Of a DNA stretch of 64,000 bases, positions 24,126 to 38,859 are shown in pieces. The position numbers and the translations under genes are program-made. Within the stretch, counting starts at the first letter, position 1, and every line of letters starts with the position of its first letter. Under the pieces are notes generated by a model. That model made no database searches. It saw only the letters and a program-made list of their open reading frames with translations, and was not told the DNA's origin. This DNA is from Balanoglossus misakiensis (Eukaryota; Animalia; Hemichordata): the NCBI GenBank assembly GCA_040954595.2, contig CM082594.2, positions 1,940,247 to 2,004,246 on the forward strand, in the 5' to 3' direction.

Positions 24126-25869
24126 AAACACTGCTTGAATTTCTACGATTATTAAGCAAACGGAAGCTTCACTAACACATAGGCGTACACACAGAGCACG
24201 CGGCACGATAATTGTGTGCGTGGCCAGCTGATTGACCGACCCGATCTTATAATTTATATGGGAGAGAGCGGTTTTGTCTTGTTATATCCTACAAAAAGTG
24301 ACCATATTAAAGTGGAGAAATAATGACCTGATAATTTGTGTGGCCGATCGACCGTCCCTATCTAAGGCCTATATTGGTATGTTATGCAAGACACACTATT
24401 CGAAATAACGCCTGTCCGACAGTCCGAGACTGGTTGTTTTTCCATCAGACTGATAGTAAAAAAGTTACCAGTCCGGCGGACAGGTTGAATTTAGCGTGGA
24501 GTTGACTTGTTTGCGGTATCATAGACGTACGTGACCCCATCGTGACCCTGGCTGTCCGGGATAGCACCACCAACGATATCTTTTAGACCATCCTCTGTTT
24601 ATTAGGCCCCTATTGCAATTAATTACCGTCCCTATCTTATATTGGAGGGAACGGGTTTGTCTTGGCATGTTATGCAAAACACTTGAAAGATGAATTTTTT
24701 TTTTTAAAAATGACGTTTATGACATACAGATATAACCGACCCCATAAGGTCCCAATGGTATATTAACATCATACACCAAATTGGACTTAAAAAACAAAAA
24801 TTGAAAGCCGCTGGAGTTTCTGCGACTATGAACTCACGTAAGCTGGACACTACTCACTCCGAGCCCGACCTGGTAATTTGTATGTTGTCCATCGAGCGCC
24901 TATAGCTTAGAGTTATACAGGAGAGAACGGTTTATGAAGTTACGTTCAACAAAAATATATGATCATGGAATTACAGAATACATAGGCGTACACACAGAGC
25001 ACGCGGCACGATAATTGTGTGCGTGGCCAGCTGATTGACCGACCCGATCTTATAATTTATATGGGAGAGAGCGGTTTTGTCTTGTTATATCCTACAAAAA
25101 GTGACCATATTAAAGTGGAGAAATAATGACCTGATAATTTGTGTGGCCGATCGACCGTCCCTATCTAAGGCCTATATTGGTATGTTATGCAAGACACACT
25201 ATTCGAAATAACGCCTGTCCGACAGTCCGAGACTGGTTGTTTTTCCATCAGACTGATAGTAAAAAAGTTACCAGTCCGGCGGACAGGTTGAATTTAGCGT
25301 GGAGTTGACTTGTTTGCGGTATCATAGACGTACGTGACCCCATCGTGACCCTGGCTGTCCGGGATAGCACCAACGATATCTTTTAGACCATCCTCTGTTT
25401 ATTAGGCCCCTATTGCAATTAATTACCGTCCCTATCTTATATTGGAGGGAACGGGTTTGTCTTGGCATGTTATGCAAAACACTTGAAAGATGAATTGTTT
25501 TTTAAAAAAATGACGTTTATGACATACAGATGTAACCGACCCCATAAGGTCCCAATGGTATATTAACATCATACACCAAATTGGACTTAAAAACCAAAAA
25601 TTGAAAGCCGCTGGAGTTTCTGCGACTATGAACTCACGTAAGCTGGACACTACTCACTCCGAGCCCGACCTGGTAATTTGTATGTTGTCCATCGAGCGCC
25701 TATAGCTTAGAGTTATACAGGAGAGAACGGTTTATGAAGTTATGTTCAACAAAAATATATGATCATGGAATTAAAGAATTTGGAGAAAAAAAATATAATT
25801 AAAAATGGACGTTTACGACGACAAAAAGGAAGACTGTTTAATGCAAAAGTTAAGAAACAGGAAAAATTC

Positions 25870-25989
25870 AAGCCTACGGCACGTGGTATTCCCAGGCGGT
25901 CACCCATCCAAGTACTAACCACGCCCAACGCAGCTTAACTTCGGTGATCGGACGAGAACCGGTGTATTCGACGTGGTATGGCCGTAGGC
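25870..25989 (-). rRNA. 5S rRNA: 5S rRNA gene
   Basis: Consensus copy. Confidence 0.97.
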
Positions 25990-26933
25990 AAACACTGCTT
26001 GAATTTCTACGATTATTAAGCAAACGGAAGCTTCACTAACACATAGGCGTACACACAGAGCACGCGGCACGATAATTGTGTGCGTGGCCAGCTGATTGAC
26101 CGACCCGATCTTATAATTTATATGGGAGAGAGCGGTTTTGTCTTGTTATATCCTACAAAAAGTGACCATATTAAAGTGGAGAAATAATGACCTGATAATT
26201 TGTGTGGCCGATCGACCGTCCCTATCTAAGGCCTATATTGGTATGTTATGCAAGACACACTATTCGAAATAACGCCTGTCCGACAGTCCGAGACTGGTTG
26301 TTTTTCCATCAGACTGATAGTAAAAAAGTTACCAGTCCGGCGGACAGGTTGAATTTAGCGTGGAGTTGACTTGTTTGCGGTATCATAGACGTACGTGACC
26401 CCATCGTGACCCTGGCTGTCCGGGATAGCACCACCAACGATATCTTTTAGACCATCCTCTGTTTATTAGGCCCCTATTGCAATTAATTACCGTCCCTATC
26501 TTATATTGGAGGGAACGGGTTTGTCTTGGCATGTTATGCAAAACACTTGAAAGATGAATTTTTTAAAAAAAAAATGACGTTTATGACATACAGATGTAAC
26601 CGACCCCATAAGGTCCCAATGGTATATTAACATCATACACCAAATTGGACTTAAAAACCAAAAATTGAAAGCCGCTGGAGTTTCTGCGACTATGAACTCA
26701 CGTAAGCTGGACACTACTCACTCCGAGCCCGACCTGGTAATTTGTATGTTGTCCATCGAGCGCCTATAGCTTAGAGTTATACAGGAGAGAACGGTTTATG
26801 AAGTTATGTTCAACAAAAATATATGATCATGGAATTAAAGAATTTGGAGAAAAAAAATATAATTAAAAATGGACGTTTACGACGACAAAAAGGAAGACTG
26901 TTTAATGCAAAAGTTAAGAAACAGGAAAAATTC

Positions 26934-27053
26934 AAGCCTACGGCACGTGGTATTCCCAGGCGGTCACCCATCCAAGTACTAACCACGCCCAACGCAGCTT
27001 AACTTCGGTGATCGGACGAGAACCGGTGTATTCGACGTGGTATGGCCGTAGGC
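26934..27053 (-). rRNA. 5S rRNA: 5S rRNA gene
   Basis: Consensus copy. Confidence 0.97.
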
Positions 27054-27997
27054 AAACACTGCTTGAATTTCTACGATTATTAAGCAAACGGAAGCTTCAC
27101 TAACACATAGGCGTACACACAGAGCACGCGGCACGATAATTGTGTGCGTGGCCAGCTGATTGACCGACCCGATCTTATAATTTATATGGGAGAGAGCGGT
27201 TTTGTCTTGTTATATCCTACAAAAAGTGACCATATTAAAGTGGAGAAATAATGACCTGATAATTTGTGTGGCCGATCGACCGTCCCTATCTAAGGCCTAT
27301 ATTGGTATGTTATGCAAGACACACTATTCGAAATAACGCCTGTCCGACAGTCCGAGACTGGTTGTTTTTCCATCAGACTGATAGTAAAAAAGTTACCAGT
27401 CCGGCGGACAGGTTGAATTTAGCGTGGAGTTGACTTGTTTGCGGTATCATAGACGTACGTGACCCCATCGTGACCCTGGCTGTCCGGGATAGCACCACCA
27501 ACGATATCTTTTAGACCATCCTCTGTTTATTAGGCCCCTATTGCAATTAATTACCGTCCCTATCTTATATTGGAGGGAACGGGTTTGTCTTGGCATGTTA
27601 TGCAAAACACTTGAAAGATGAATTTTTTTTAAAAAAAATGACGTTTATGACATACAGATGTAACCGACCCCATAAGGTCCCAATGGTATATTAACATCAT
27701 ACACCAAATTGGACTTAAAAACCAAAAATTGAAAGCCGCTGGAGTTTCTGCGACTATGAACTCACGTAAGCTGGACACTACTCACTCCGAGCCCGACCTG
27801 GTAATTTGTATGTTGTCCATCGAGCGCCTATAGCTTAGAGTTATACAGGAGAGAACGGTTTATGAAGTTATGTTCAACAAAAATATATGATCATGGAATT
27901 AAAGAATTTGGAGAAAAAAAATATAATTAAAAATGGACGTTTACGACGACAAAAAGGAAGACTGTTTAATGCAAATGTTAAGAAACAGGAAAAATTC

Positions 27998-28117
27998 AAG
28001 CCTACGGCACGTGGTATTCCCAGGCGGTCACCCATCCAAGTACTAACCACGCCCAACGCAGCTTAACTTCGGTGATCGGACGAGAACCGGTGTATTCGAC
28101 GTGGTATGGCCGTAGGC
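27998..28117 (-). rRNA. 5S rRNA: 5S rRNA gene
   Basis: Consensus copy. Confidence 0.97.
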
Positions 28118-29061
28118 AAACACTGCTTGAATTTCTACGATTATTAAGCAAACGGAAGCTTCACTAACACATAGGCGTACACACAGAGCACGCGGCACGA
28201 TAATTGTGTGCGTGGCCAGCTGATTGACCGACCCGATCTTATAATTTATATGGGAGAGAGCGGTTTTGTCTTGTTATATCCTACAAAAAGTGACCATATT
28301 AAAGTGGAGAAATAATGACCTGATAATTTGTGTGGCCGATCGACCGTCCCTATCTAAGGCCTATATTGGTATGTTATGCAAGACACACTATTCGAAATAA
28401 CGCCTGTCCGACAGTCCGAGACTGGTTGTTTTTCCATCAGACTGATAGTAAAAAAGTTACCAGTCCGGCGGACAGGTTGAATTTAGCGTGGAGTTGACTT
28501 GTTTGCGGTATCATAGACGTACGTGACCCCATCGTGACCCTGGCTGTCCGGGATAGCACCACCAACGATATCTTTTAGACCATCCTCTGTTTATTAGGCC
28601 CCTATTGCAATTAATTACCGTCCCTATCTTATATTGGAGGGAACGGGTTTGTCTTGGCATGTTATGCAAAACACTTGAAAGATGAATTTTGTTTTAAAAA
28701 AATGACGTTTATGACATACAGATGTAACCGACCCCATAAGGTCCCAATGGTATATTAACATCATACACCAAATTGGACTTAAAAACCAAAAATTGAAAGC
28801 CGCTGGAGTTTCTGCGACTATGAACTCACGTAAGCTGGACACTACTCACTCCGAGCCCGACCTGGTAATTTGTATGTTGTCCATCGAGCGCCTATAGCTT
28901 AGAGTTATACAGGAGAGAACGGTTTATGAAGTTATGTTCAACAAAAATATATGATCATGGAATTAAAGAATTTGGAGAAAAAAAATATAATTAAAAATGG
29001 ACGTTTACGACGACAAAAAGGAAGACTGTTTAATGCAAAAGTTAAGAAACAGGAAAAATTC

Positions 29062-29181
29062 AAGCCTACGGCACGTGGTATTCCCAGGCGGTCACCCATC
29101 CAAGTACTAACCACGCCCAACGCAGCTTAACTTCGGTGATCGGACGAGAACCGGTGTATTCGACGTGGTATGGCCGTAGGC
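29062..29181 (-). rRNA. 5S rRNA: 5S rRNA gene
   Basis: Consensus copy. Confidence 0.97.
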
Positions 29182-30117
29182 AAACACTGCTTGAATTTCT
29201 ACGATTATTAAGCAAACGGAAGCTTCACTAACACATAGGCGTACACACAGAGCACGCGGCACGATAATTGTGTGCGTGGCCAGCTGATTGACCATATAAT
29301 TTATATGGGAGAGAGCGGTTTTGTCTTGTTATATCCTACAAAAAGTGACCATATTAAAGTGGAGAAATAATGACCTGATAATTTGTGTGGCCGATCGACC
29401 GTCCCTATCTAAGGCCTATATTGGTATGTTATGCAAGACACACTATTCGAAATAACGCCTGTCCGACAGTCCGAGACTGGTTGTTTTTCCATCAGACTGA
29501 TAGTAAAAAAGTTACCAGTCCGGCGGACAGGTTGAATTTAGCGCGGAGTTGACTTGTTTGCGGTATCATAGACGTACGTGACCCCATCGTGACCCTGGCT
29601 GTCCGGGATAGCACCACCAACGATATCTTTTAGACCATCCTCTGTTTATTAGGCCCCTATTGCAATTAATTACCGTCCCTATCTTATATTGGAGGGAACG
29701 GGTTTGTCTTGGCATGTTATGCAAAACACTTGAAAGATGAATTTTTTTTAAAAAAATGACGTTTATGACATACAGATGTAACCGACCCCATAAGGTCCCA
29801 ATGATATATATTTACATCATACACCAAATTGGACTTAAAAACCAAAAATTGAAAGCCGCTGGAGTTTCTGCGACTATGAACTCACGTAAGCTGGACACTA
29901 CTCACTCCGAGCCCGACCTGGTAATTTGTATGTTGTCCATCGAGCGCCTATAGCTTAGAGTTATACAGGAGAGAACGGTTTATGAAGTTATGTTCAACAA
30001 AAATATATGATCATGGAATTAAAGAATTTGGAGAAAAAAAATATAATTAAAAATGGACGTTTACGACGACAAAAAGGAAGACTGTTTAATGCAAAAGTTA
30101 AGAAACAGGAAAAATTC

Positions 30118-30237
30118 AAGCCTACGGCACGTGGTATTCCCAGGCGGTCACCCATCCAAGTACTAACCACGCCCAACGCAGCTTAACTTCGGTGATCGGA
30201 CGAGAACCGGTGTATTCGACGTGGTATGGCCGTAGGC
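30118..30237 (-). rRNA. 5S rRNA: 5S rRNA gene
   Basis: Consensus copy. Confidence 0.97.
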
Positions 30238-31181
30238 AAACACTGCTTGAATTTCTACGATTATTAAGCAAACGGAAGCTTCACTAACACATAGGCGTAC
30301 ACACAGAGCACGCGGCACGATAATTGTGTGCGTGGCCAGCTGATTGACCGACCCGATCTTATAATTTATATGGGAGAGAGCGGTTTTGTCTTGTTATATC
30401 CTACAAAACGTGACCATATTAAAGTGGAGAAATAATGACCTGATAATTTGTGTGGCCGATCGACCGTCCCTATCTAAGGCCTATATTGGTATGTTATGCA
30501 AGACACACTATTCGAAATAACGCCTGTCCGACAGTCCGAGACTGGTTGTTTTTCCATCAGACTGATAGTAAAAAAGTTACCAGTCCGGCGGACAGGTTGA
30601 ATTTAGCGTGGAGTTGACTTGTTTGCGGTATCATAGACGTACGTGACCCCATCGTGACCCTGGCTGTCCGGGATAGCACCACCAACGATATCTTTTAGAC
30701 CATCCTCTGTTTATTAGGCCCCTATTGCAATTAATTACCGTCCCTATCTTATATTGGAGGGAACGGGTTTGTCTGGGCATGTTATGCAAAACACTTGAAA
30801 GATGAATTTTTTTTTTTAAAAATGACGTTTATGACATACAGATGTAACCGACCCCATAAGGTCCCAATGGTATATTAACATCATACACCAAATTGGACTT
30901 AAAAAACAAAAATTGAAAGCCGCTGGAGTTTCTGCGACTATGAACTCACGTAAGCTGGACACTACTCACTCCGAGCCCGACCTGGTAATTTGTATGTTGT
31001 CCATCGAGCGCTTATAGCTTAGAGTTATACAGGAGAGAACGGTTTATGAAGTTATGTTCAACAAAAATATATGATCATGGAATTAAAGAATTTGGAGAAA
31101 AAAAAAATAATTAAAAATGGACGTTTACGACGACAAAAAGTAAGACTGTTTAATGCAAAAGTTAAGAAACAGGAAAAATTC

Positions 31182-31301
31182 AAGCCTACGGCATGTGGTA
31201 TTCCCAGGCGGTCACCCATCCAAGTACTAACCACGCCCAACGCAGCTTAACTTCGGTGATCGGACGAGAACCGGTGTATTCGACGTGGTATGGCCGTAGG
31301 C
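31182..31301 (-). rRNA. 5S rRNA: 5S rRNA gene (1 CpG transition)
   Basis: ggcatgtgg instead of ggcacgtgg. Confidence 0.95.
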
Positions 31302-32245
31302 AAACACTGCTTGAATTTCTACGATTATTAAGCAAACGGAAGCTTCACTAACACATAGGCGTACACACAGAGCACGCGGCACGATAATTGTGTGCGTGGC
31401 CAGCTGATTGACCGACCCGATCTTATAATTTATATGGGAGAGAGCGGTTTTGTCTTGTTATATCCTACAAAAAGTGACCATATTAAAGTGGAGAAATAAT
31501 GACCTGATAATTTGTGTGGCCGATCGACCGTCCCTATCTAAGGCCTATATTGGTATGTTATGCAAGACACACTATTCGAAATAACGCCTGTCCGACAGTC
31601 CGAGACTGGTTGTTTTTCCATCAGACTGATAGTAAAAAAGTTACCAGTCCGGCGGACAGGTTGAATTTAGCGTGGAGTTGACTTGTTTGCGGTATCATAG
31701 ACGTACGTGACCCCATCGTGACCCTGGCTGTCCGGGATAGCACCACCAACGATATCTTTTAGACCATCCTCTGTTTATTAGGCCCCTATTGCAATTAATT
31801 ACCGTCCCTATCTTATATTGGAGGGAACGGGTTTGTCTTGGCATGTTATGCAAAACACTTGAAAGATGAATTGTTTTTTTAAAAAATGACGTTTATGACA
31901 TACAGATGTAACCGACCCCATAAGGTCCCAATGGTATATTAACATCATACACCAAATTGGACTTAAAAACCAAAAATTGAAAGCCGCTGGAGTTTCTGCG
32001 ACTATGAACTCACGTAAGCTGGACACTACTCACTCCGAGCCCGACCTGGTAATTTGTATGTTGTCCATCGAGCGCCTATAGCTTAGAGTTATACAGGAGA
32101 GAACGGTTTATGAAGTTATGTTCAACAAAAATATATGATCATGGAATTAAAGAATTTGGAGAAAAAGAATATAATTAAAAATGGACGTTTACGACGACAA
32201 AAAGGAAGACTGTTTAATGCAAAAGTTAAGAAACAGGAAAAATTC

Positions 32246-32365
32246 AAGCCTACGGCACGTGGTATTCCCAGGCGGTCACCCATCCAAGTACTAACCACGC
32301 CCAACGCAGCTTAACTTCGGTGATCGGACGAGAACCGGTGTATTCGACGTGGTATGGCCGTAGGC
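32246..32365 (-). rRNA. 5S rRNA: 5S rRNA gene
   Basis: Consensus copy. Confidence 0.97.
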
Positions 32366-33309
32366 AAACACTGCTTGAATTTCTACGATTATTAAGCAAA
32401 CGGAAGCTTCACTAACACATAGGCGTACACACAGAGCACGCGGCACGATAATTGTGTGCGTGGCCAGCTGATTGACCGACCCGATCTTATAATTTATATG
32501 GGAGAGAGCGGTTTTGTCTTGTTATATCCTACAAAAAGTGACCATATTAAAGTGGAGAAATAATGACCTGATAATTTGTGTGGCCGATCGACCGTCCCTA
32601 TCTAAGGCCTATATTGGTATGTTATGCAAGACACACTATTCGAAATAACGCCTGTCCGACAGTCCGAGACTGGTTGTTTTTCCATCAGACTGATAGTAAA
32701 AAAGTTACCAGTCCGGCGGACAGGTTGAATTTAGCGTGGAGTTGACTTGTTTGCGGTATCATAGACGTACGTGACCCCATCGTGACCCTGGCTGTCCGGG
32801 ATAGCACCACCAACGATATCTTTTAGACCATCCTCTGTTTATTAGGCCCCTATTGCAATTAATTACCGTCCCTATCTTATATTGGAGGGAACGGGTTTGT
32901 CTTGGCATGTTATGCAAAACACTTGAAAGATGAATTTTTTTTAAAAAAAATGACGTTTATGACATACAGATGTAACCGACCCCATAAGGTCCCAATGGTA
33001 TATTAACATCATACACCAAATTGGACTTAAAAACCAAAAATTGAAAGCTGCTGGAGTTTCTGCGACTATGAACTCACGTAAGCTGGACACTACTCACTCC
33101 GAGCCCGACCTGGTAATTTGTATGTTGTCCATCGAGCGCCTATAGCTTAGAGTTATACAGGAGAGAACGGTTTATGAAGTTATGTTCAACAAAAATATAT
33201 GATCATGGAATTAAAGAATTTGGAGAAAAAAAATATAATTAAAAATGGACGTTTACGACGACAAAAAGGAAGACTGTTTAATGCAAAAGTTAAGAAAAAG
33301 GAAAAATTC

Positions 33310-33427
33310 AAGCCTACGGCACGTGGTATTCCCAGGCGGTCACCCATCCAAGTACTAACCACGCCCAACGCATTAACTTCGGTGATCGGACGAGAACCGG
33401 TGTATTCGACGTGGTATGGCCGTAGGC
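33310..33427 (-). pseudogene. 5S rRNA: 5S rRNA copy with 2-nt deletion in box A (probable pseudogene)
   Basis: aacgcattaac instead of aacgcagcttaac; 118 nt. Confidence 0.85.
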
Positions 33428-34371
33428 AAACACTGCTTGAATTTCTACGATTATTAAGCAAACGGAAGCTTCACTAACACATAGGCGTACACACAGAGCA
33501 CGCGGCACGATAATTGTGTGCGTGGCCAGCTGATTGACCGACCCGATCTTATAATTTATATGGGAGAGAGCGGTTTTGTCTTGTTATATCCTACAAAAAG
33601 TGACCATATTAAAGTGGAGAAATAATGACCTGATAATTTGTGTGGCCGATCGACCGTCCCTATCTAAGGCCTATATTGGTATGTTATGCAAGACACACTA
33701 TTCGAAATAACGCCTGTCCGACAGTCCGAGACTGGTTGTTTTTCCATCAGACTGATAGTAAAAAAGTTACCAGTCCGGCGGACAGGTTGAATTTAGCGTG
33801 GAGTTGACTTGTTTGCGGTATCATAGACGTACGTGACCCCATCGTGACCCTGGCTGTCCGGGATAGCACCACCAACGATATCTTTTAGACCATCCTCTGT
33901 TTATTAGGCCCCTATTGCAATTAATTACCGTCCCTATCTTATATTGGAGGGAACGGGTTTGTCTTGGCATGTTATGCAAAACACTTGAAAGATGAATTTT
34001 GTTTTTAAAAAATGACGTTTATGACATACAGATGTAACCGACCCCATAGGGTCCCAATGGTATATTAACATCATACACCAAATTGGACTTAAAAACCAAA
34101 AATTGAAAGCCGCTGGAGTTTCTGCGACTATGAACTCACGTAAGCTGGACACTACTCACTCCGAGCCCGACCTGGTAATTTGTATGTTGTCCATCGAGCG
34201 CCTATAGCTTAGAGTTATACAGGAGAGAACGGTTTATGAAGTTATGTTCAACAAAAATATATGATCATGGAATTAAAGAATTTGGAGAAAAAAAATATAA
34301 TTAAAAATGGACGTTTACGACGACAAAAAGGAAGACTGTTTAATGCAAAAGTTAAGAAACAGGAAAAATTC

Positions 34372-34491
34372 AAGCCTACGGCACGTGGTATTCCCAGGCG
34401 GTCACCCATCCAAGTACTAACCACGCCCAACGCAGCTTAACTTCGGTGATCGGACGAGAACCGGTGTATTCGACGTGGTATGGCCGTAGGC
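34372..34491 (-). rRNA. 5S rRNA: 5S rRNA gene
   Basis: Consensus copy. Confidence 0.97.
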
Positions 34492-35435
34492 AAACACTGC
34501 TTGAATTTCTACGATTATTAAGCAAACGGAAGCTTCACTAACACATAGGCGTACACACAGAGCACGCGGCACGATAATTGTGTGCGTGGCCAGCTGATTG
34601 ACCGACCCGATCTTATAATTTATATGGGAGAGAGCGGTTTTGTCTTGTTATATCCTACAAAAAGTGACCATATTAAAGTGGAGAAATAATGACCTGATAA
34701 TTTGTGTGGCCGATCGACCGTCCCTATCTAAGGCCTATATTGGTATGTTATGCAAGACACACTATTCGAAATAACGCCTGTCCGACAGTCCGAGACTGGT
34801 TGTTTTTCCATCAGACTGATAGTAAAAAAGTTACCAGTCCGGCGGACAGGTTGAATTTAGCGTGGAGTTGACTTGTTTGCGGTATCGTAGACGTACGTGA
34901 CCCCATCGTGACCCTGGCTGTCCGGGATAGCACCACCAACGATATCTTTTAGACCATCCTCTGTTTATTAGGCCCCTATTGCAATTAATTACCGTCCCTA
35001 TCTTATATTGGAGGGAACGGGTTTGTCTTGGCATGTTATGCAAAACACTTGAAAGATGAATTTTTTTCTTTAAAAATGACGTTTATGACATACAGATGTA
35101 ACCGACCCCATAAGGTCCCAATGGTATATTAACATCATACACCAAATTGGACTTAAAAACCAAAAATTGAAAGCCGCTGGAGTTTCTGCGACTATGAACT
35201 CACGTAAGCTGGACACTACTCACTCCGAGCCCGACCTGGTAATTTGTATGTTGTCCATCGAGCGCCTATAGCTTAGAGTTATACAGGAGAGAACGGTTTA
35301 TGAAGTTATTTTCAACAAAAATATATGATCATGGAATTAAAGAATTTGGAGAAAAAAAATATAATTAAAAATGGACGTTTACGACGACAAAAAGGAAGAC
35401 TGTTTAATGCAAAAGTTAAGAAACAGGAGAAATTC

Positions 35436-35555
35436 AAGCCTACGGCACGTGGTATTCCCAGGCGGTCACCCATCCAAGTACTAACCACGCCCAACGCAGC
35501 TTAACTTCGGTGATCGGACGAGAACCGGTGTATTCGACGTGGTATGGCCGTAGGC
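35436..35555 (-). rRNA. 5S rRNA: 5S rRNA gene (terminator variant)
   Basis: Consensus gene; downstream caggagaaattc breaks the T5 run. Confidence 0.95.
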
Positions 35556-36499
35556 AAACACTGCTTGAATTTCTACGATTATTAAGCAAACGGAAGCTTC
35601 ACTAACACATAGGCGTACACACAGAGCACGCGGCACGATAATTGTGTGCGTGGCCAGCTGATTGACCGACCCGATCTTATAATTTATATGGGAGAGAGCG
35701 GTTTTGTCTTGTTATATCCTACAAAAAGTGACCATATTAAAGTGGAGAAATAATGACCTGATAATTTGTGTGGCCGATCGACCGTCCCTATCTAAGGCCT
35801 ATATTGGTATGTTATGCAAGACACACTATTCGAAATAACGCCTGTCCGACAGTCCGAGACTGGTTGTTTTTCCATCAGACTGATAGTAAAAAAGTTACCA
35901 GTCCGGCGGACAGGTTGAATTTAGCGTGGAGTTGACTTGTTTGCGGTATCATAGACGTACGTGACCCCATCGTGACCCTGGCTGTCCGGGATAGCACCAC
36001 CAACGATATCTTTTAGACCATCCTCTGTTTATTAGGCCCCTATTGCAATTAATTACCGTCCCTATCTTATATTGGAGGGAACGGGTTTGTCTTGGCATGT
36101 TATGCAAAACACTTGAAAGATGAATTTTTTTCTTTAAAAATGACGTTTATGACATACAGATGTAACCGACCCCATAAGGTCCCAATGGTATATTAACATC
36201 ATACACCAAATTGGACTTAAAAACCAAAAATTGAAAGCCGCTGGAGTTTCTGCGACTATGAACTCACGTAAGCTGGACACTACTCACTCCGAGCCCGACC
36301 TGGTAATTTGTATGTTGTCCATCGAGCGCCTATAGCTTAGAGTTATACAGGAGAGAACGGTTTATGAAGTTATGTTCAACAAAAATATATGATCATGGAA
36401 TTAAAGAATTTGGAGAAAAAAAATATAATTAAAAATGGACGTTTACGACGACAAAAAGGAAGACTGTTTAATGCAAAAGTTAAGAAACAGGAAAAATTC

Positions 36500-36619
36500 A
36501 AGCCTACGGCACGTGGTATTCCCAGGCGGTCACCCATCCAAGTACTAACCACGCCCAACGCAGCTTAACTTCGGTGATCGGACGAGAACCGGTGTATTCG
36601 ACGTGGTATGGCCGTAGGC
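36500..36619 (-). rRNA. 5S rRNA: 5S rRNA gene
   Basis: Consensus copy. Confidence 0.97.
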
Positions 36620-37555
36620 AAACACTGCTTGAATTTCTACGATTATTAAGCAAACGGAAGCTTCACTAACACATAGGCGTACACACAGAGCACGCGGCAC
36701 GATAATTGTGTGCGTGGCCAGCTGATTGACCATATAATTTATATGGGAGAGAGCGGTTTTGTCTTGTTATATCCTACAAAAAGTGACCATATTAAAGTGG
36801 AGAAATAATGACCTGATAATTTGTGTGGCCGATCGACCGTCCCTATCTAAGGCCTATATTGGTATGTTATGCAAGACACACTATTCGAAATAACGCCTGT
36901 CCGACAGTCCGAGACTGGTTGTTTTTCCATCAGACTGATAGTAAAAAAGTTACCAGTCCGGCGGACAGGTTGAATTTAGCGCGGAGTTGACTTGTTTGCG
37001 GTATCATAGACGTACGTGACCCCATCGTGACCCTGGCTGTCCGGGATAGCACCACCAACGATATCTTTTAGACCATCCTCTGTTTATTAGGCCCCTATTG
37101 CAATTAATTACCGTCCCTATCTTATATTGGAGGGAACGGGTTTGTCTTGGCATGTTATGCAAAACACTTGAAAGATGAATTTTTTTTAAAAAAATGACGT
37201 TTATGACATACAGATGTAACCGACCCCATAAGGTCCCAATGATATATATTTACATCATACACCAAATTGGACTTAAAAACCAAAAATTGAAAGCCGCTGG
37301 AGTTTCTGCGACTATGAACTCACGTAAGCTGGACACTACTCACTCCGAGCCCGACCTGGTAATTTGTATGTTGTCCATCGAGCGCCTATAGCTTAGAGTT
37401 ATACAGGAGAGAACGGTTTATGAAGTTATGTTCAACAAAAATATATGATCATGGAATTAAAGAATTTGGAGAAAAAAAATATAATTAAAAATGGACGTTT
37501 ACGACGACAAAAAGGAAGACTGTTTAATGCAAAAGTTAAGAAACAGGAAAAATTC

Positions 37556-37675
37556 AAGCCTACGGCACGTGGTATTCCCAGGCGGTCACCCATCCAAGTA
37601 CTAACCACGCCCAACGCAGCTTAACTTCGGTGATCGGACGAGAACCGGTGTATTCGACGTGGTATGGCCGTAGGC
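37556..37675 (-). rRNA. 5S rRNA: 5S rRNA gene
   Basis: Consensus copy. Confidence 0.97.
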
Positions 37676-38859
37676 AAACAGTGCTTGAATTTCTACGATT
37701 ATTAAGCAAACGGAAGCTTCACTAACACATAGGCGTACACACAGAGCACGCGGCACGATAATTGTGTGCGTGGCCAGCTGATTGACCGACCCGATCTTAT
37801 AATTTTTATGGGAGAGAGCGGTTTTGTCTTGTTATATCCTACAAAACGTGACCATATTAAAGTGGAGAAATAATGACCTGATAATTTGTGTGGCCGATCG
37901 ACCGTCCCTATCTAAGGCCTATATTGGTATGTTATGCAAGACACACTATTCGAAATAACGCCTGTCCGACAGTCCGAGACTGGTTGTTTTTCCATCAGAC
38001 TGATAGTAAAAAAGTTACCAGTCCGGCGGACAGGTTGAATTTAGCGTGGAGTTGACTTGTTTGCGGTATCATAGACGTACGTGACCCCATCGTGACCCTG
38101 GCTGTCCGGGATAGCACCACCAACGATATCTTTTAGACCATCCTCTGTTTATTAGGCCCCTATTGCAATTAATTACCGTCCCTATCTTATATTGGAGGGA
38201 ACGGGTTTGTCTGGGCATGTTATGCAAAACACTTGAAAGATGAATTTTTTTTTTAAAAAATGACGTTTATGACATACAGATGTAACCGACCCCATAAGGT
38301 CCCAATGGTATATTAACATCATACACCAAATTGGACTTAAAAAACAAAAATTGAAAGCCGCTGGAGTTTCTGCGACTATGAACTCACGTAAGCTGGACAC
38401 TACTCACTCCGAGCCCGACCTGGTAATTTGTATGTTGTCCATCGAGCGCTTATAGCTTAGAGTTATACAGGAGAGAACGGTTTATGAAGTTATGTTCAAC
38501 AAAAATATATGATCATGGAATTAAAGAATTTGGAGAAAAAAAATATAATTAAAAATGGACGTTTACGACGACAAAAAGTAAGACTGTTTAATGCAAAAGT
38601 TAAGAAACAGGAAAAATTCAAGCCCACGTAAGCTGGACACTACTCACTCCGAGCCCGACCTGGTAATTTGTATGTTGTCCATCGAGCGCCTATAGCTTAG
38701 AGTTATACAGGAGAGAACGGTTTATGAAGTTATGTTCAACAAAAATATATGATCATGGAATTAAAGAATTTGGAGAAAAAAAAAATAATTAAAAATGGAC
38801 GTTTACGACGACAAAAAGGAAGACTGTTTAATGCAAAAGTTAAGAAACAGGAAAAATTC

